NCBI GenBank assembly: GCA_947628915.1
Contig: CANRBR010000003.1
Location: 1 to 45,953 of the forward strand
Origin: an uncultured Bacilli bacterium
Lineage (GTDB): Bacteria; Bacillota_I; Bacilli_A; RF39; UBA660
Direction: 5' to 3'
Length of the DNA: 45,953 nt
Shown here: piece after piece, positions 27,996 to 38,669 of the stretch
Layout: the number at the start of each line of letters is the position of its first letter
Position numbering within the stretch: the stretch's first letter is position 1
Position numbers and translations under genes: made by a program
Notes under the pieces: model-generated
The model's input: the letters and a program-made list of their open reading frames with translations, nothing else
What the model was told of the DNA's origin: nothing
The model's database searches: none

Positions 27996-29243
27996 ATGAT
28001 GAAACATATTTATACAAGTCTTGATATCGGTTCGGATACAATAAAAATAGTAGTATGTGAACTATATCAAAATAAGTTAAATTTACTTGCAGCATCTTCA
28101 TATAAATCTAAAGGAATTAAAAAGGGATTAATAACAGATGTAGAACTTGCTAAAGAATCTATTAAAAATGCATTTGATGAAGTAGAAGAGATGTTAGGTA
28201 TAAAAATAAATAAAGTAATCACATCAGTTCCTTCTTTTAATGCAGAATACAATATTATAAAAGGTAATGTTAAAATAACTAATGAAAATCATATAGTTAC
28301 AAGTGACGACATAATAAAATCATTAGAAGTTGCTGCTAGGGCAAATCCATACAATTCAAGAGAAATGGTTACAATACTTCCAATAGATTATACAGTTGAT
28401 GATAAAACACTTATTAAAAACCCTAAAGGTATGCCTTGTTCAGTACTTGGATGCCGTGCGGTACTTGTAACTACTCCTAAAAAGAATGTTTATTCTGTAG
28501 TAAGTTTACTTGAAAATATAGGTAAAGAGGTTGTAGATATAACACTCAATGATATAGGAGACCTTTACTCATTTAATAATAAACTATTTGAAGAAAAGGT
28601 TGGCGCGATAATAAATATCGGTAGTGAGATAACAAACGTATCTTTATACAATAAAAGCGTATTAGTTAAAAGCAGTATAGTAAATATGGGTGGTAAAAAC
28701 GTAGATAGTGATATATCTTATATGTATAAAGTAGATATTCCAACTGCTCGTAATTTAAAATTAAAATTTGCTTTAGCCCACAAAAAGAATGCTAGTGTGA
28801 ACGATATTGTAGAAGTTAAGAGTGCTGTTGATAATAACTTAAAGATAAATCAGTTTGAACTATCAGAAGTAGTTATGTCGAGACTAGAAGAAATATTAAA
28901 CGAAGCAAAAAAAGAGATAAATCTCTTGACAAGTAGGAAAATAGATTATATTATAATTACAGGAGGTACTAGCAATATGATAGGATTCGAATATGTCGTA
29001 AGAGATATATTTGGAGATAGTGCCAATATTGGTAATGTTAAAATGCTAGGAATAAGAGATAATATATATTCATCTTGTATAGGTAATATAGTATACTTTA
29101 TAAGTAAATTAAAACTAAAGGGAAAAGATTATAGTATGATAAGTGATAATGAGGCTTATCAAATGACAGCTGTAAATTCTAGAAAATTAAGTACATCAGA
29201 TTCAATGCTAGGGAAAATATTTGGATTTTTCTTTAGTGAATAG
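27996..29243 (+). CDS. ftsA: Cell division protein FtsA
   Basis: [25 protein letters not shown]. Directly upstream of ftsZ. Confidence 0.95.
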   Translation: MMKHIYTSLDIGSDTIKIVVCELYQNKLNLLAASSYKSKGIKKGLITDVELAKESIKNAFDEVEEMLGIKINKVITSVPSFNAEYNIIKGNVKITNENHIVTSDDIIKSLEVAARANPYNSREMVTILPIDYTVDDKTLIKNPKGMPCSVLGCRAVLVTTPKKNVYSVVSLLENIGKEVVDITLNDIGDLYSFNNKLFEEKVGAIINIGSEITNVSLYNKSVLVKSSIVNMGGKNVDSDISYMYKVDIPTARNLKLKFALAHKKNASVNDIVEVKSAVDNNLKINQFELSEVVMSRLEEILNEAKKEINLLTSRKIDYIIITGGTSNMIGFEYVVRDIFGDSANIGNVKMLGIRDNIYSSCIGNIVYFISKLKLKGKDYSMISDNEAYQMTAVNSRKLSTSDSMLGKIFGFFFSE

Positions 29244-29254
29244 AGGAGGAAATT

Positions 29255-30343
29255 ATGTTTGGATTAGAAATGGATCAAGTTGCTAAAATAAAAGTTATTG
29301 GAGTTGGTGGAGGTGGAAATAACGCCGTAAACCGAATGATAGAATCAGGAGTAAAAGGTGTTGAATTCATAGTTGCTAATACCGATTTACAAGTTTTAAA
29401 TGTATCTAAAGCTCCAACTAAAATACAAATAGGAGAGAATTTAACTGGTGGTAGAGGTGCTGGTGCTAAACCTGAAATAGGAAGAGAAGCTGCTCTTGAA
29501 AGTAAAAAAGAAATAGAAGAGGCTCTAGCTGGAGCTGACATGGTATTTGTTACTTGCGGTATGGGTGGAGGAACTGGTACAGGTGCTGCTCCAGTAATTG
29601 CAAATATCGCACAAGAACAAGGGGCTCTAACTGTTGGTATAGTTACTAAGCCATTCTCATTTGAAGGTAAAAAAAGAATGGAACAGGCAATAGTAGGACT
29701 TGAAGAGTTAAAGAAAAATGTAGATACGCTAATTGTTATACCAAATGATAAATTAAGAGAGATTATAGATAAGTCAACACCACTTCTAGAATCATTTAAA
29801 GAAGTAGATAACGTATTAAGAAGAGGAGTACAATCTATATCAGATTTAATAGCTGTTGCAGGACTAATTAACTTAGACTTTGCAGATGTTAAAACTGTTA
29901 TGGAAAAACGTGGTACTGCTTTAATTGGTATTGGTATAGGTGTTGGTGAAAATAGAGCAACTGAGGCTGCAGAACAAGCAATATCTAGTCCATTACTAGA
30001 GACAAGTATCGATGGTGCAACTGATGCAATAATAAATGTTACAGGTGGTAATAATTTAACGCTCTTTGAAGTAGAAGAAGCTGCAGATGTAATTAGAAAA
30101 AGTGCTAAAACTGATATGAATACAATATTCGGTGCAGTTATCAATGAAAATCTTAATGATGAGATTATTGTTACTGTAATTGCTACTGGATTTGATGATG
30201 ATAAGAAAACTCAGGAGCAATCATCAAGAGTAGAAAGTAGAGAAGATAATAATTCTAATATTAGTTTTAGAAGTACAACTGATGAAGACTCTGATGATTC
30301 TGATGATATAATACCATCATTCTTAAGAAGAAGAGGATTTTAA
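29255..30343 (+). CDS. ftsZ: Cell division protein FtsZ
   Basis: [29 protein letters not shown]-terminal IPSFLRR. Confidence 0.99.
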   Translation: MFGLEMDQVAKIKVIGVGGGGNNAVNRMIESGVKGVEFIVANTDLQVLNVSKAPTKIQIGENLTGGRGAGAKPEIGREAALESKKEIEEALAGADMVFVTCGMGGGTGTGAAPVIANIAQEQGALTVGIVTKPFSFEGKKRMEQAIVGLEELKKNVDTLIVIPNDKLREIIDKSTPLLESFKEVDNVLRRGVQSISDLIAVAGLINLDFADVKTVMEKRGTALIGIGIGVGENRATEAAEQAISSPLLETSIDGATDAIINVTGGNNLTLFEVEEAADVIRKSAKTDMNTIFGAVINENLNDEIIVTVIATGFDDDKKTQEQSSRVESREDNNSNISFRSTTDEDSDDSDDIIPSFLRRRGF

Positions 30344-30348
30344 ACATT

Positions 30349-30374
30349 AAGAATAGATTTTTCTATTCTTTTTT
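30349..30374 (+). terminator. ftsZ terminator
   Basis: AAGAATAGA-TTTT-TCTATTCTT-TTTT. Confidence 0.75.
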
Positions 30375-30398
30375 AGTATAATTATATTGGTGATATAA

Positions 30399-32045
30399 AT
30401 GACTGATATAGAAATAAGTAAAAATTCAAATATGTTAAATATTAAAGATGTAGCTAGTAAGTTAAATATAAGTGAAGATAATTTAGAATATTATGGTAAA
30501 TATAAAGCAAAACTAAATATAAATATAGATAACTTAAATAATGATTTAGGTAAATTAATACTTGTAACATCTATTAATCCAACACCTTTTGGAGAAGGTA
30601 AAACAACTGTTAGTATAGGTATTAACGATGCCTTAAATAAACTTGGCAAAAAGTCAATTGTAGTATTAAGAGAACCTTCACTTGGCCCTGTATTTGGAAT
30701 TAAAGGCGGGGCAACTGGTGGTGGTTATTCTCAAGTTGTACCTATGGAAGATATTAATTTACATTTCACAGGAGATATACATGCAATAGAAGCTGCAAAT
30801 AATCTTTTATGTGCGATAATTGATAATCATATATATCAAGGAAATGAACTTGGAATAGATAAAGTCGTATTCAACAGATGCATTGACCTTAATGATAGAG
30901 CCCTAAGAAATGTCTTAATAAAGTATGATAATAATGGTTTAGAAAGACCTGATAACTATCAAATTACAGTTGCAAGCGAAATAATGGCAATACTTTGCTT
31001 GTCTAAGAATTTAGAGGATTTAAAAAGAAGAATTGGTAATATTTTAGTTGGATATACTAAAGATAATAAAATGATATTTGCTCGTGATTTAAACTGTGTT
31101 GGGGCTATAGCCTTACTTCTTAAGGACGCTATTAAACCAAACCTAGTTCAAACACTTGAAAACAATCCTGCAATAATACATGGAGGTCCATTTGCTAATA
31201 TCGCACATGGATGTAATTCAATAATCGCAACAACTCTAGGTTTGAAATTATCTGATTATGTAGTAACTGAGGCTGGATTTGGAGCTGATTTAGGTGCTGA
31301 AAAGTTTTTAGATATAAAGTGTCAAATCGCTAATTTAAAACCCAATTGTGTAGTTATAAATGCTACTTTAAGAAGTTTAAAATATAATGGTGGCGTATCT
31401 AAAGAATTAGTTAATACTCCAAATATTGATGCTTTAAAAAAAGGTATAGTAAACCTTAAAAGACATATAGAAAATATAAGTAAATATACTAAGAATATAG
31501 TAGTTGTAATAAATAGATTTGAAACTGATACTAATGATGAGATAGACTATGTAAAAGATTATGTAGAAAATATGGGATATAAGATAAGTATATGTACATC
31601 TTTTAAAGATGGAAGTAATGGCGCTATAGAAGTTGCTAAAAAAGTACTAGATGTATGTAATAATGATGCAGATTTTAAACCTTTATATAATTTTAATGAT
31701 AAAATAATAGATAAAATAAATAAAATATCTAAAGAAATATATAGAGCAGATGAAGTAATAATAAGTGATGAAATAAAAGATAAAATAAACTACTTAGAAG
31801 AAAATGGATTTGGTAATCTACCTATATGTATTGCTAAAACCCAGTATTCTTTTACAGATAATCCTAAACTTTTAGGCGCACCATTAAACTTTAATATGAC
31901 AGTTAGAGATATTAAACTATCTAGTGGTGCTGGATTTATTGTAGTATTAATGGGAAGTATTATGACTATGCCAGGCTTAGGTAAAAATAGTGCCTATTTA
32001 AATATGAATATAGATAATAGTGGTAATATAACAGGTTTATTTTAA
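30399..32045 (+). CDS. fhs: Formate--tetrahydrofolate ligase
   Basis: PTPFGEGKTT, GIKGGATGGGYSQV, HGGPFANIAHG, IMTMPGL. Confidence 0.98.
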   Translation: MTDIEISKNSNMLNIKDVASKLNISEDNLEYYGKYKAKLNINIDNLNNDLGKLILVTSINPTPFGEGKTTVSIGINDALNKLGKKSIVVLREPSLGPVFGIKGGATGGGYSQVVPMEDINLHFTGDIHAIEAANNLLCAIIDNHIYQGNELGIDKVVFNRCIDLNDRALRNVLIKYDNNGLERPDNYQITVASEIMAILCLSKNLEDLKRRIGNILVGYTKDNKMIFARDLNCVGAIALLLKDAIKPNLVQTLENNPAIIHGGPFANIAHGCNSIIATTLGLKLSDYVVTEAGFGADLGAEKFLDIKCQIANLKPNCVVINATLRSLKYNGGVSKELVNTPNIDALKKGIVNLKRHIENISKYTKNIVVVINRFETDTNDEIDYVKDYVENMGYKISICTSFKDGSNGAIEVAKKVLDVCNNDADFKPLYNFNDKIIDKINKISKEIYRADEVIISDEIKDKINYLEENGFGNLPICIAKTQYSFTDNPKLLGAPLNFNMTVRDIKLSSGAGFIVVLMGSIMTMPGLGKNSAYLNMNIDNSGNITGLF

Positions 32046-32047
32046 TT

Positions 32048-32097
32048 GTATAAATTAATCTTCTTTCACTCAATATGAAGTGAAAGGAGATTTTTTT
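32048..32097 (+). promoter_or_regulatory. sigG leader: RBS-sequestering/terminator hairpin overlapping a forespore-type promoter
   Basis: A 14-bp stem 32057-32070/32079-32092 covers AAAGGAG and runs into T7 then ATG. GTATA-N16-CTCAATA overlaps it. Confidence 0.65.
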
Positions 32098-32874
32098 ATG
32101 GCGCGTCACAAAGTTGAGATATGTGGCGTGAATACTGCGAATATAAAAGTTTTAAATAATGATGAGATGAACTCTTTATTTAAAAAATATAAAGAAGGAG
32201 ATTCATTTGCTAAAGAAGAATTGGTTAATGGTAATTTGAAACTAGTTTTAAGTATTTTAAAAAAATACAACAATAGATGTGATAATATGGATGATTTATT
32301 TCAAGTAGGTTGTATTGGACTGATTAAAGCAATAGATAACTTTGATCTTAATTTTGATGTAAAATTTTCTACATATGCAGTACCAATGATACTAGGTGAG
32401 GTAAAAAGATATTTAAGGGATAATAATAGTATTAGAATCGCTCGTAGTATTAAAGATATCGCATACCACGCTTTAATAGTTAAAGAAGAGTTAACAAACA
32501 GCTTAAATAGAGAACCTACTATAAAAGAGATTTCAGATAAACTATCTCTTAGTGAATTTGAGGTTAGTAATGCTTTAGATAGTATGAAAGAAACATTAAG
32601 TATATCAGAGCCTATTTATAACGATGGAGGAGATACTATATACTTACAAGACCAAATAGAAGATAAAAATAATAATATGAAATATATCGATGAGAAAGTT
32701 GCTTTAAAAGAGGCAATAAATTCTTTAAAAGATAAAGAAAAATATATTATAACAGAAAGATATATAATAGGTAAAACTCAAATGGAACTAGCTGAAGAAA
32801 TTGGTATATCACAGGCACAAATATCAAGAATTGAAAAAAGTGCCTTAAACAACATAAAAAATAAAATAAGTTAG
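32098..32874 (+). CDS. sigG: Forespore sporulation sigma factor SigG
   Basis: KVEICGVNT N-terminus, DDLFQVGCIGLIKAIDNFD, EPIYNDGGD, GISQAQISRIEK. Followed by ylmC. Confidence 0.93.
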   Translation: MARHKVEICGVNTANIKVLNNDEMNSLFKKYKEGDSFAKEELVNGNLKLVLSILKKYNNRCDNMDDLFQVGCIGLIKAIDNFDLNFDVKFSTYAVPMILGEVKRYLRDNNSIRIARSIKDIAYHALIVKEELTNSLNREPTIKEISDKLSLSEFEVSNALDSMKETLSISEPIYNDGGDTIYLQDQIEDKNNNMKYIDEKVALKEAINSLKDKEKYIITERYIIGKTQMELAEEIGISQAQISRIEKSALNNIKNKIS

Positions 32875-32914
32875 GCAAATATACTATTTTTTCATATAAT
32901 ATAGTGGTGATTAT

Positions 32915-33145
32915 ATGAGACTATCTGATTTACAAAACAAAACCGTTATAAATTTAATAGATGGTAAAAATATAGGAAATATAATTGATTTGAGTATAGA
33001 TGAAAATGGTAAAACAACAGGATTAATAGTTGAAAAACATAAGTTTATTATTTCATACTTTACTAGTAAAAAAGAATTTTCTGTTAGATGGGATCAAATA
33101 GAAAAAATAGGTGAGGATGTAATACTCGTTAGGGTTGTCTATTAA
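32915..33145 (+). CDS. ylmC: YlmC/YmxH-family PRC-barrel sporulation protein
   Basis: MRLSDLQNK.VIN..DG..IG, WDQIEKIGEDVILV. Confidence 0.9.
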   Translation: MRLSDLQNKTVINLIDGKNIGNIIDLSIDENGKTTGLIVEKHKFIISYFTSKKEFSVRWDQIEKIGEDVILVRVVY

Positions 33146-33178
33146 ATATTTTTGTGTTATACTTAAATTGGTGATTGA

Positions 33179-34195
33179 ATGAAAGTCTTACTATATACAG
33201 AAAATGAAAAGATGATTAGTAAATCTGGACTCGGTAAAGCCATAAAACACCAGATGAATGCCTTGAAAGACAATAATATTGAATATACAACAGATCCAAA
33301 TGATGATTATGATATAGTACATATAAACTTTTATGGTCCTAAATCTTATATGCTTGCAAAAAAAGCAAAAAAACTAGGTAAAAAAGTTATATACCATGCT
33401 CATTCTACTGAGGAGGATTTTAGAAATTCGTTTGTACTTTCCAATCAAGTTGCCCCAGCATTTAAGCAGTGGTTGATTAAGTGCTACACACTTGGAGACC
33501 ATATATTAACCCCAACTCCTTATTCAAAAAAATTATTAAAAAGTTACGGTATAAAAGTCCCAATAACTGATATAAGTAATGGTATAAATGTTAAGTTTTT
33601 CGAGAAAAATGAAGAGTTAGGTAAGAAGTTTAGAAAAGACTTTGGATATAAAGATACAGATAAAATAATAATGGGTGTAGGTTTATATATAGAAAGAAAA
33701 GGAATACTCGATTTTGTTGAACTTGCAAAAAGACTACCTGAGTATAAATTTATATGGTTTGGGTATTCACCACTTTCAGCATCTCCAGCTAAAATTAGAA
33801 AAGCAGTTAATACTAAATTAGATAATTTGTGTTTTGCTGGATATGTAGAGCCTGAGGTTTTAAGAGGTGCGTATAGTGGTTGTAATTTATATTTATTTCC
33901 AACACTTGAAGAAACTGAAGGTATTCCAATAATGGAAGCATGTGCGGCTAGAATACCTTCATTAATAAGAGATATACCTGTATTTGATGGATGGCTTAAA
34001 GATGGTGTAAATGTATATAAAGCAAAAAATTTAGATGAATTTGAAGATAAAATTAAAAAAATATTAGAAGGTAAGTTACCTGATTTAACTTTAGAAGGTT
34101 ATAAACTCGCAAAAACAAGAGATATAAAAAGAGTTGGTAGAAAACTTATCAATATATATAGAAAAGTATTAGAAGGTGATGTTCTTGATAAATGA
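33179..34195 (+). CDS. GT4 glycosyltransferase (CpoA-like glycolipid synthase)
   Basis: HAHSTEEDFRNSF, RKGILDFVELA, EETEGIPIMEA. Confidence 0.88.
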   Translation: MKVLLYTENEKMISKSGLGKAIKHQMNALKDNNIEYTTDPNDDYDIVHINFYGPKSYMLAKKAKKLGKKVIYHAHSTEEDFRNSFVLSNQVAPAFKQWLIKCYTLGDHILTPTPYSKKLLKSYGIKVPITDISNGINVKFFEKNEELGKKFRKDFGYKDTDKIIMGVGLYIERKGILDFVELAKRLPEYKFIWFGYSPLSASPAKIRKAVNTKLDNLCFAGYVEPEVLRGAYSGCNLYLFPTLEETEGIPIMEACAARIPSLIRDIPVFDGWLKDGVNVYKAKNLDEFEDKIKKILEGKLPDLTLEGYKLAKTRDIKRVGRKLINIYRKVLEGDVLDK

Positions 34196-34634
34196 TATTA
34201 AACTATTAGGGCCAAAAGAAATAACTAAAATTGGAGAAAATGCCTATATTGAAAAATGCTTTTATGAAAAAAGAGGAAATAGATTTTATGATGTTGTATT
34301 ACACATAAACGGTAAAGATGTATTTATTGGAAGATTTAATAAAATATATAACAACATAAATGTAATTTACAATAACGGAAAAATACTAGTATGTTGTTGT
34401 GGTTATACTAAAGAATCACACTCAATAGTTGTTTTAGATGTATTATCGCTTTATGATATAGTCGACGATACATTCTATTCTTGTACTAAGGAAGAAGCAC
34501 TCCAACTATTCAATGAAAAAATTAGTGATAATAACAATATAGGTTATATTAATATAGCAGATACAAAATACTTAAAAAACAAGAATGCTTTAATAGTAAG
34601 AGAAGATTTAGAAAAAATGAAAAGACTAAAATAA
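34176..34634 (+). CDS. Hypothetical protein
   Basis: Overlaps the GT4 stop and has a downstream hairpin. Start uncertain (34176-34185). Ends EKMKRLK. Confidence 0.65.
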   Translation: MMFLINDIKLLGPKEITKIGENAYIEKCFYEKRGNRFYDVVLHINGKDVFIGRFNKIYNNINVIYNNGKILVCCCGYTKESHSIVVLDVLSLYDIVDDTFYSCTKEEALQLFNEKISDNNNIGYINIADTKYLKNKNALIVREDLEKMKRLK

Positions 34635-34697
34635 TTAGCCTTTTTTCTTGTTTTTAAATACTTTTATTGATATAATAATTAAGTAAGGTGATAATAG

Positions 34698-37640
34698 ATG
34701 TACTTAAAAAAGATAATCGCACATGGTTTTAAATCATTTGCTGATAATACAATAATAGATTTAGAAAATAATATTGCAGGAATAGTTGGGCCAAATGGTT
34801 CAGGTAAAAGTAATGTTGTAGATGCAGTAAGGTGGGTGCTTGGAGAACAATCAGTTAAGGCTTTAAGAGGAGATCTAAGCATGACTGATGTAATATTTCA
34901 AGGAAGTAAGAGCAGAAATCCTATGAATACTGCATCAGTAACTTTAATATTTGATAATACTGACCACTACTTAAATATAGCATTTGATGAAGTATCAATT
35001 AAAAGAAGATTATATAAAGACGGTACTAATGAATTTTTTATAAATGGAGAGAAATGTAGATTAAAAGATGTATCAGACCTACTTATAGATAGTGGTGTTG
35101 CTAAAGAATCATTCAATATTATCTCACAAGGTAAAATAGATGATATATTATCTAGTAAACCTGAAAATAGAAGAATTATATTTGAAGAGGCAGCAGGTGT
35201 TTTAAAGTACAAAAAAAGAAAAGAAGAGGCTTTAAGAAAATTAGAAAAAACTCATGAAAATATTGAGAGAATAAACGATATTATAAAAGAGTTAGAAGTA
35301 CAAGTAGAGCCTTTAAGAGAACAAAAAATAAAAGCAGAAGAATACGAAAGTTTAAGTGATGAACTTAAAGATTTAGAAATATCTTTAATAGCTAGTGAAA
35401 TAACTAATATTAACTATAAATACCAAGAAAATAAAGAAAAAATAGATGAATTAAATAAAGCGTTATTGAAACTAACTACTGATAATTCGACTAATGAAGC
35501 AAAAAGTTCATCATATAAACTAAAAATAAACAATATAGATAATGAGATTAGAAAATCTCAAAAAGAACTTTTAGAACTTACTTCTTTAACAGAACAGATA
35601 AATGCTAGAAAACAAATAATACTTGAAAGAAAGAAATACGAAGTAGAAGATAGTAAACTTCACGATAATATTGTTAGACTTAAAGAAGATGAGTTAAATT
35701 TAAGAAATAGTATAGATTCTAATAATAAAGAAATAAGCATTAAAGAAGATGAGTTAAAAAACGTATTAAAAGATATAGATACTTATGAAAGTTCTATTAT
35801 AGATATTAAAGAAGATAAAGGAGATTTATTAGATAAATTAAATACTACTTTAAAAAATATTAGTATTTTAAACTCTAAAATAGATGCTTTAAAAGAAAGT
35901 ATAGAAAACGATTCTACACTTCCATATGCAGTTAAAAATGTATTAGATAATCCCAAACTTAGAGGAATACATAACGTAATAGGTTCTTTAATAGAAGTTG
36001 AAGAGACTTATTCTAAGGCTATTTCTATAACTCTTTCATCTAGTGCATCAAATGTAGTAGTAGACAACGAGATATGTGCTAAAGAAGCTATAAACTACCT
36101 TAAAGCAAACAATTTGGGTAGAGTAACATTCTTCCCACTAAATATAATTAAAGAAAAATTTGTAGATACAAATACACTAAATATAGCTAAAAAAGAAATA
36201 GGATTTATAGATATTGCAAGCAATCTTGTTAAATATGATAAAAAATATGAAAATATAATTAAAAATCAACTAGGAAATGTGATAGTAGTAGATAATATAG
36301 ATAACGCTAATATAATAAGTAAAAAAATTGATTATAAATATAGAGTAGTAACAATCGATGGAGAAATACTTCATGTAGGTGGTTCACTTACTGGAGGTAA
36401 TATTAAAGTTAGAAATATTATTACTGATAAATATGAACTTGAAAACAATTTAAAACAGTTAACTAAATTAGAAGAAGAGCAAAAAGAAATAGAAAATAAT
36501 ATAAATAAATATGACTACGATTTAAAGGCTTTAGAAGATAAATTATACTTATCAAATAAAGAAAAGATTAATATAGAAGAATTTATAGACCTCAAGAAAA
36601 AAAGTATTATGGATATAGATAAAAAAATAGATGAGATAACTCTTGAGATTAATAGTAATAATAGTGCTTTAAATAGTACTCTAGATATTGAAGAAGAAAA
36701 CATATTAAATGAGTATTATATAACTAATCAAAAGAAATTAGATAAAGAAAAAGAAATAGAGTTACTAAACAATAATAGAGTTAGATTATCTAGTGAATTA
36801 GATGATTTTGAGAGTACGCTTAAACACGATAATGCTATATATACTGAGAAGACTAACTTAATACATGAACTTGAAATAGAAGTAAATAGAGCAGATGTAA
36901 AACTAGATAATTTACTTAATACATTAAATGAAACGTATTCTATGACATATGAAAATGCAGTTAGTATGTATAAACTTGATATGGATGAAAACCTTGCTAG
37001 AAATAAAGTAAATTCTTTAAAAAGAAAGATTAAAGACTTAGGACCAGTAAATGTACTTGCTAAAGAAGAATACGAAAGAGTTAGTACTAGATATGAGTTC
37101 TTAATACATCAAGAAGAGGATTTATCTAAAGCTGAGACTACACTTTTAGAGATAATCGATGAGATGGATAGCGTTATGAAACAAGAGTTCTTAAGTACCT
37201 TTAAAGTTATTGAAGAAAACTTCTCTACAACATTTAAAGAATTATTTAAAGGTGGTACTGCTAAACTTTCATTAACTGATAAAGATAACATACTTGAAAC
37301 AGGAATAGAAATAGAGGCATGTCCTCCAGGTAAAACTTTAAAAAGTATAAGTTTATTATCAGGTGGAGAGAAGACATTTACAGCAATCAGTTTACTCTTT
37401 GCAATACTTAAATCACGTCCTGTACCATTTTGTATATTAGATGAGGTAGAGGCAGCACTAGATGAAGTAAACGTTGACGCATTTGGGAAATACATAAGAA
37501 AATTAAAAGAAAAAACACAGTTTATAGTAATCACACACAAGAAAAAGACAATGGAATATGTAGATGTATTATATGGTATAACAATGCAAGAATCTGGTGT
37601 TAGTAAACTTGTAAGCGTAAAATTAGAAGAAATTAAATAA
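34698..37640 (+). CDS. smc: Chromosome segregation protein SMC (short, 980 aa)
   Basis: GFKSFAD, GPNGSGKSN, hinge GRVTFFPL, LSGGEK, LDEVEAALD. Confidence 0.97.
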   Translation: MYLKKIIAHGFKSFADNTIIDLENNIAGIVGPNGSGKSNVVDAVRWVLGEQSVKALRGDLSMTDVIFQGSKSRNPMNTASVTLIFDNTDHYLNIAFDEVSIKRRLYKDGTNEFFINGEKCRLKDVSDLLIDSGVAKESFNIISQGKIDDILSSKPENRRIIFEEAAGVLKYKKRKEEALRKLEKTHENIERINDIIKELEVQVEPLREQKIKAEEYESLSDELKDLEISLIASEITNINYKYQENKEKIDELNKALLKLTTDNSTNEAKSSSYKLKINNIDNEIRKSQKELLELTSLTEQINARKQIILERKKYEVEDSKLHDNIVRLKEDELNLRNSIDSNNKEISIKEDELKNVLKDIDTYESSIIDIKEDKGDLLDKLNTTLKNISILNSKIDALKESIENDSTLPYAVKNVLDNPKLRGIHNVIGSLIEVEETYSKAISITLSSSASNVVVDNEICAKEAINYLKANNLGRVTFFPLNIIKEKFVDTNTLNIAKKEIGFIDIASNLVKYDKKYENIIKNQLGNVIVVDNIDNANIISKKIDYKYRVVTIDGEILHVGGSLTGGNIKVRNIITDKYELENNLKQLTKLEEEQKEIENNINKYDYDLKALEDKLYLSNKEKINIEEFIDLKKKSIMDIDKKIDEITLEINSNNSALNSTLDIEEENILNEYYITNQKKLDKEKEIELLNNNRVRLSSELDDFESTLKHDNAIYTEKTNLIHELEIEVNRADVKLDNLLNTLNETYSMTYENAVSMYKLDMDENLARNKVNSLKRKIKDLGPVNVLAKEEYERVSTRYEFLIHQEEDLSKAETTLLEIIDEMDSVMKQEFLSTFKVIEENFSTTFKELFKGGTAKLSLTDKDNILETGIEIEACPPGKTLKSISLLSGGEKTFTAISLLFAILKSRPVPFCILDEVEAALDEVNVDAFGKYIRKLKEKTQFIVITHKKKTMEYVDVLYGITMQESGVSKLVSVKLEEIK

Positions 37641-37654
37641 TTGGAAGTGATATA

Positions 37655-38593
37655 GTGAATTATTTATTATATGGATTAGATAAGTTTTTAATAGATAAAG
37701 AAATTAAAAATATAATAAATAAGAATAATATAGATGAGATAAATATATCAAGATATGACTTAGAGGAAAATTCTTTAAAAGAAATACTTGATGATGCTAT
37801 GACTATATCACTTTTTTCATCTAATAAATTAATAATAGTAGATAATGCTTTTATATTTAATAGAGTTCAAAGTAAAAAAATGGATGATATAGAACTTTTA
37901 GAAAGTTATCTTAATAACCCTAATAAAGATACGACTATTATATTTATAGACCTTAATGAAAAAGTAGATAGTGCTAAAAAAATAGTTAAGTTAATTAAGG
38001 ATAAAGGTGTTTTAAAAGAGTTTAATCCTTTAAAAAATATAAATAGTACAGTTAGTTCAATGTTTGATGATTATAAAATTGACTATGGCGTTATTGATGC
38101 ACTAATAAATAGAGTAGGTAGTGACCTAGAACTTATATATCAAGAAGTAGAAAAACTAAAGATATATAAAATAGATGATAAAACTATCACTTTAAAAGAT
38201 GTAGAAGATTTAGTAGTTGAAAATATTAATATAGATATATTTAAGTTTGTCGATGATATAATAAATAAAAATAAAAGTAGTGCGATTAAAACCTATAAGG
38301 AACTACTTAAGTTAAACGAAGAGCCAATAAAAATAGTCGCATTACTTGCAAGTAAGTTTAGACTTATGTATCAAGCAAGCACACTAGTAAAAAAAGGATA
38401 TACAGAAGAGGATATTTCTGAAATACTTAAAGTACATAAATATCCAGTACATCTTTCTATAACTGCAGGACATAAATACAATCCTAAATTATTACTTAAA
38501 TACTTAAATGAGTTAGCAGATTTAGATATTGGAATGAAGACAGGTGAAAAGGATAAAGAACTTGCTTTAGAATTATTTATACTTAGTTTATAA
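37655..38593 (+). CDS. holA: DNA polymerase III delta subunit
   Basis: YLLYG, SLFSSNKLIIV, EVEKL, IFKFVD, HKYPV, DIGMKTG, LELFIL. Confidence 0.9.
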   Translation: MNYLLYGLDKFLIDKEIKNIINKNNIDEINISRYDLEENSLKEILDDAMTISLFSSNKLIIVDNAFIFNRVQSKKMDDIELLESYLNNPNKDTTIIFIDLNEKVDSAKKIVKLIKDKGVLKEFNPLKNINSTVSSMFDDYKIDYGVIDALINRVGSDLELIYQEVEKLKIYKIDDKTITLKDVEDLVVENINIDIFKFVDDIINKNKSSAIKTYKELLKLNEEPIKIVALLASKFRLMYQASTLVKKGYTEEDISEILKVHKYPVHLSITAGHKYNPKLLLKYLNELADLDIGMKTGEKDKELALELFILSL

Positions 38594-38614
38594 CAGTAAA
38601 TACTTACTGTTTTT
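38592..38614 (+). terminator. holA terminator
   Basis: AACAGTAA-ATAC-TTACTGTT-TTT. Confidence 0.75.
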
Positions 38615-38619
38615 AATTG

Positions 38620-38669
38620 AAAAAAGAACTGACCATAACCAAACATACGGGTTACAACCAGTCCTTACT
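38620..38669 (-). ncRNA. Candidate ~50-nt single-hairpin sRNA downstream of rarA
   Basis: Promoter TTGACT-N17-TATATT (38704-38676). A 15-bp stem with 5 G-U pairs forms only on the minus strand. U6 tail. Confidence 0.55.

Noticed and set aside
29275-30144. 289-aa antisense ORF over ftsZ
   Set aside because: Shadow ORF on the reverse frame of a conserved, codon-biased gene, with no RBS or recognisable domain.
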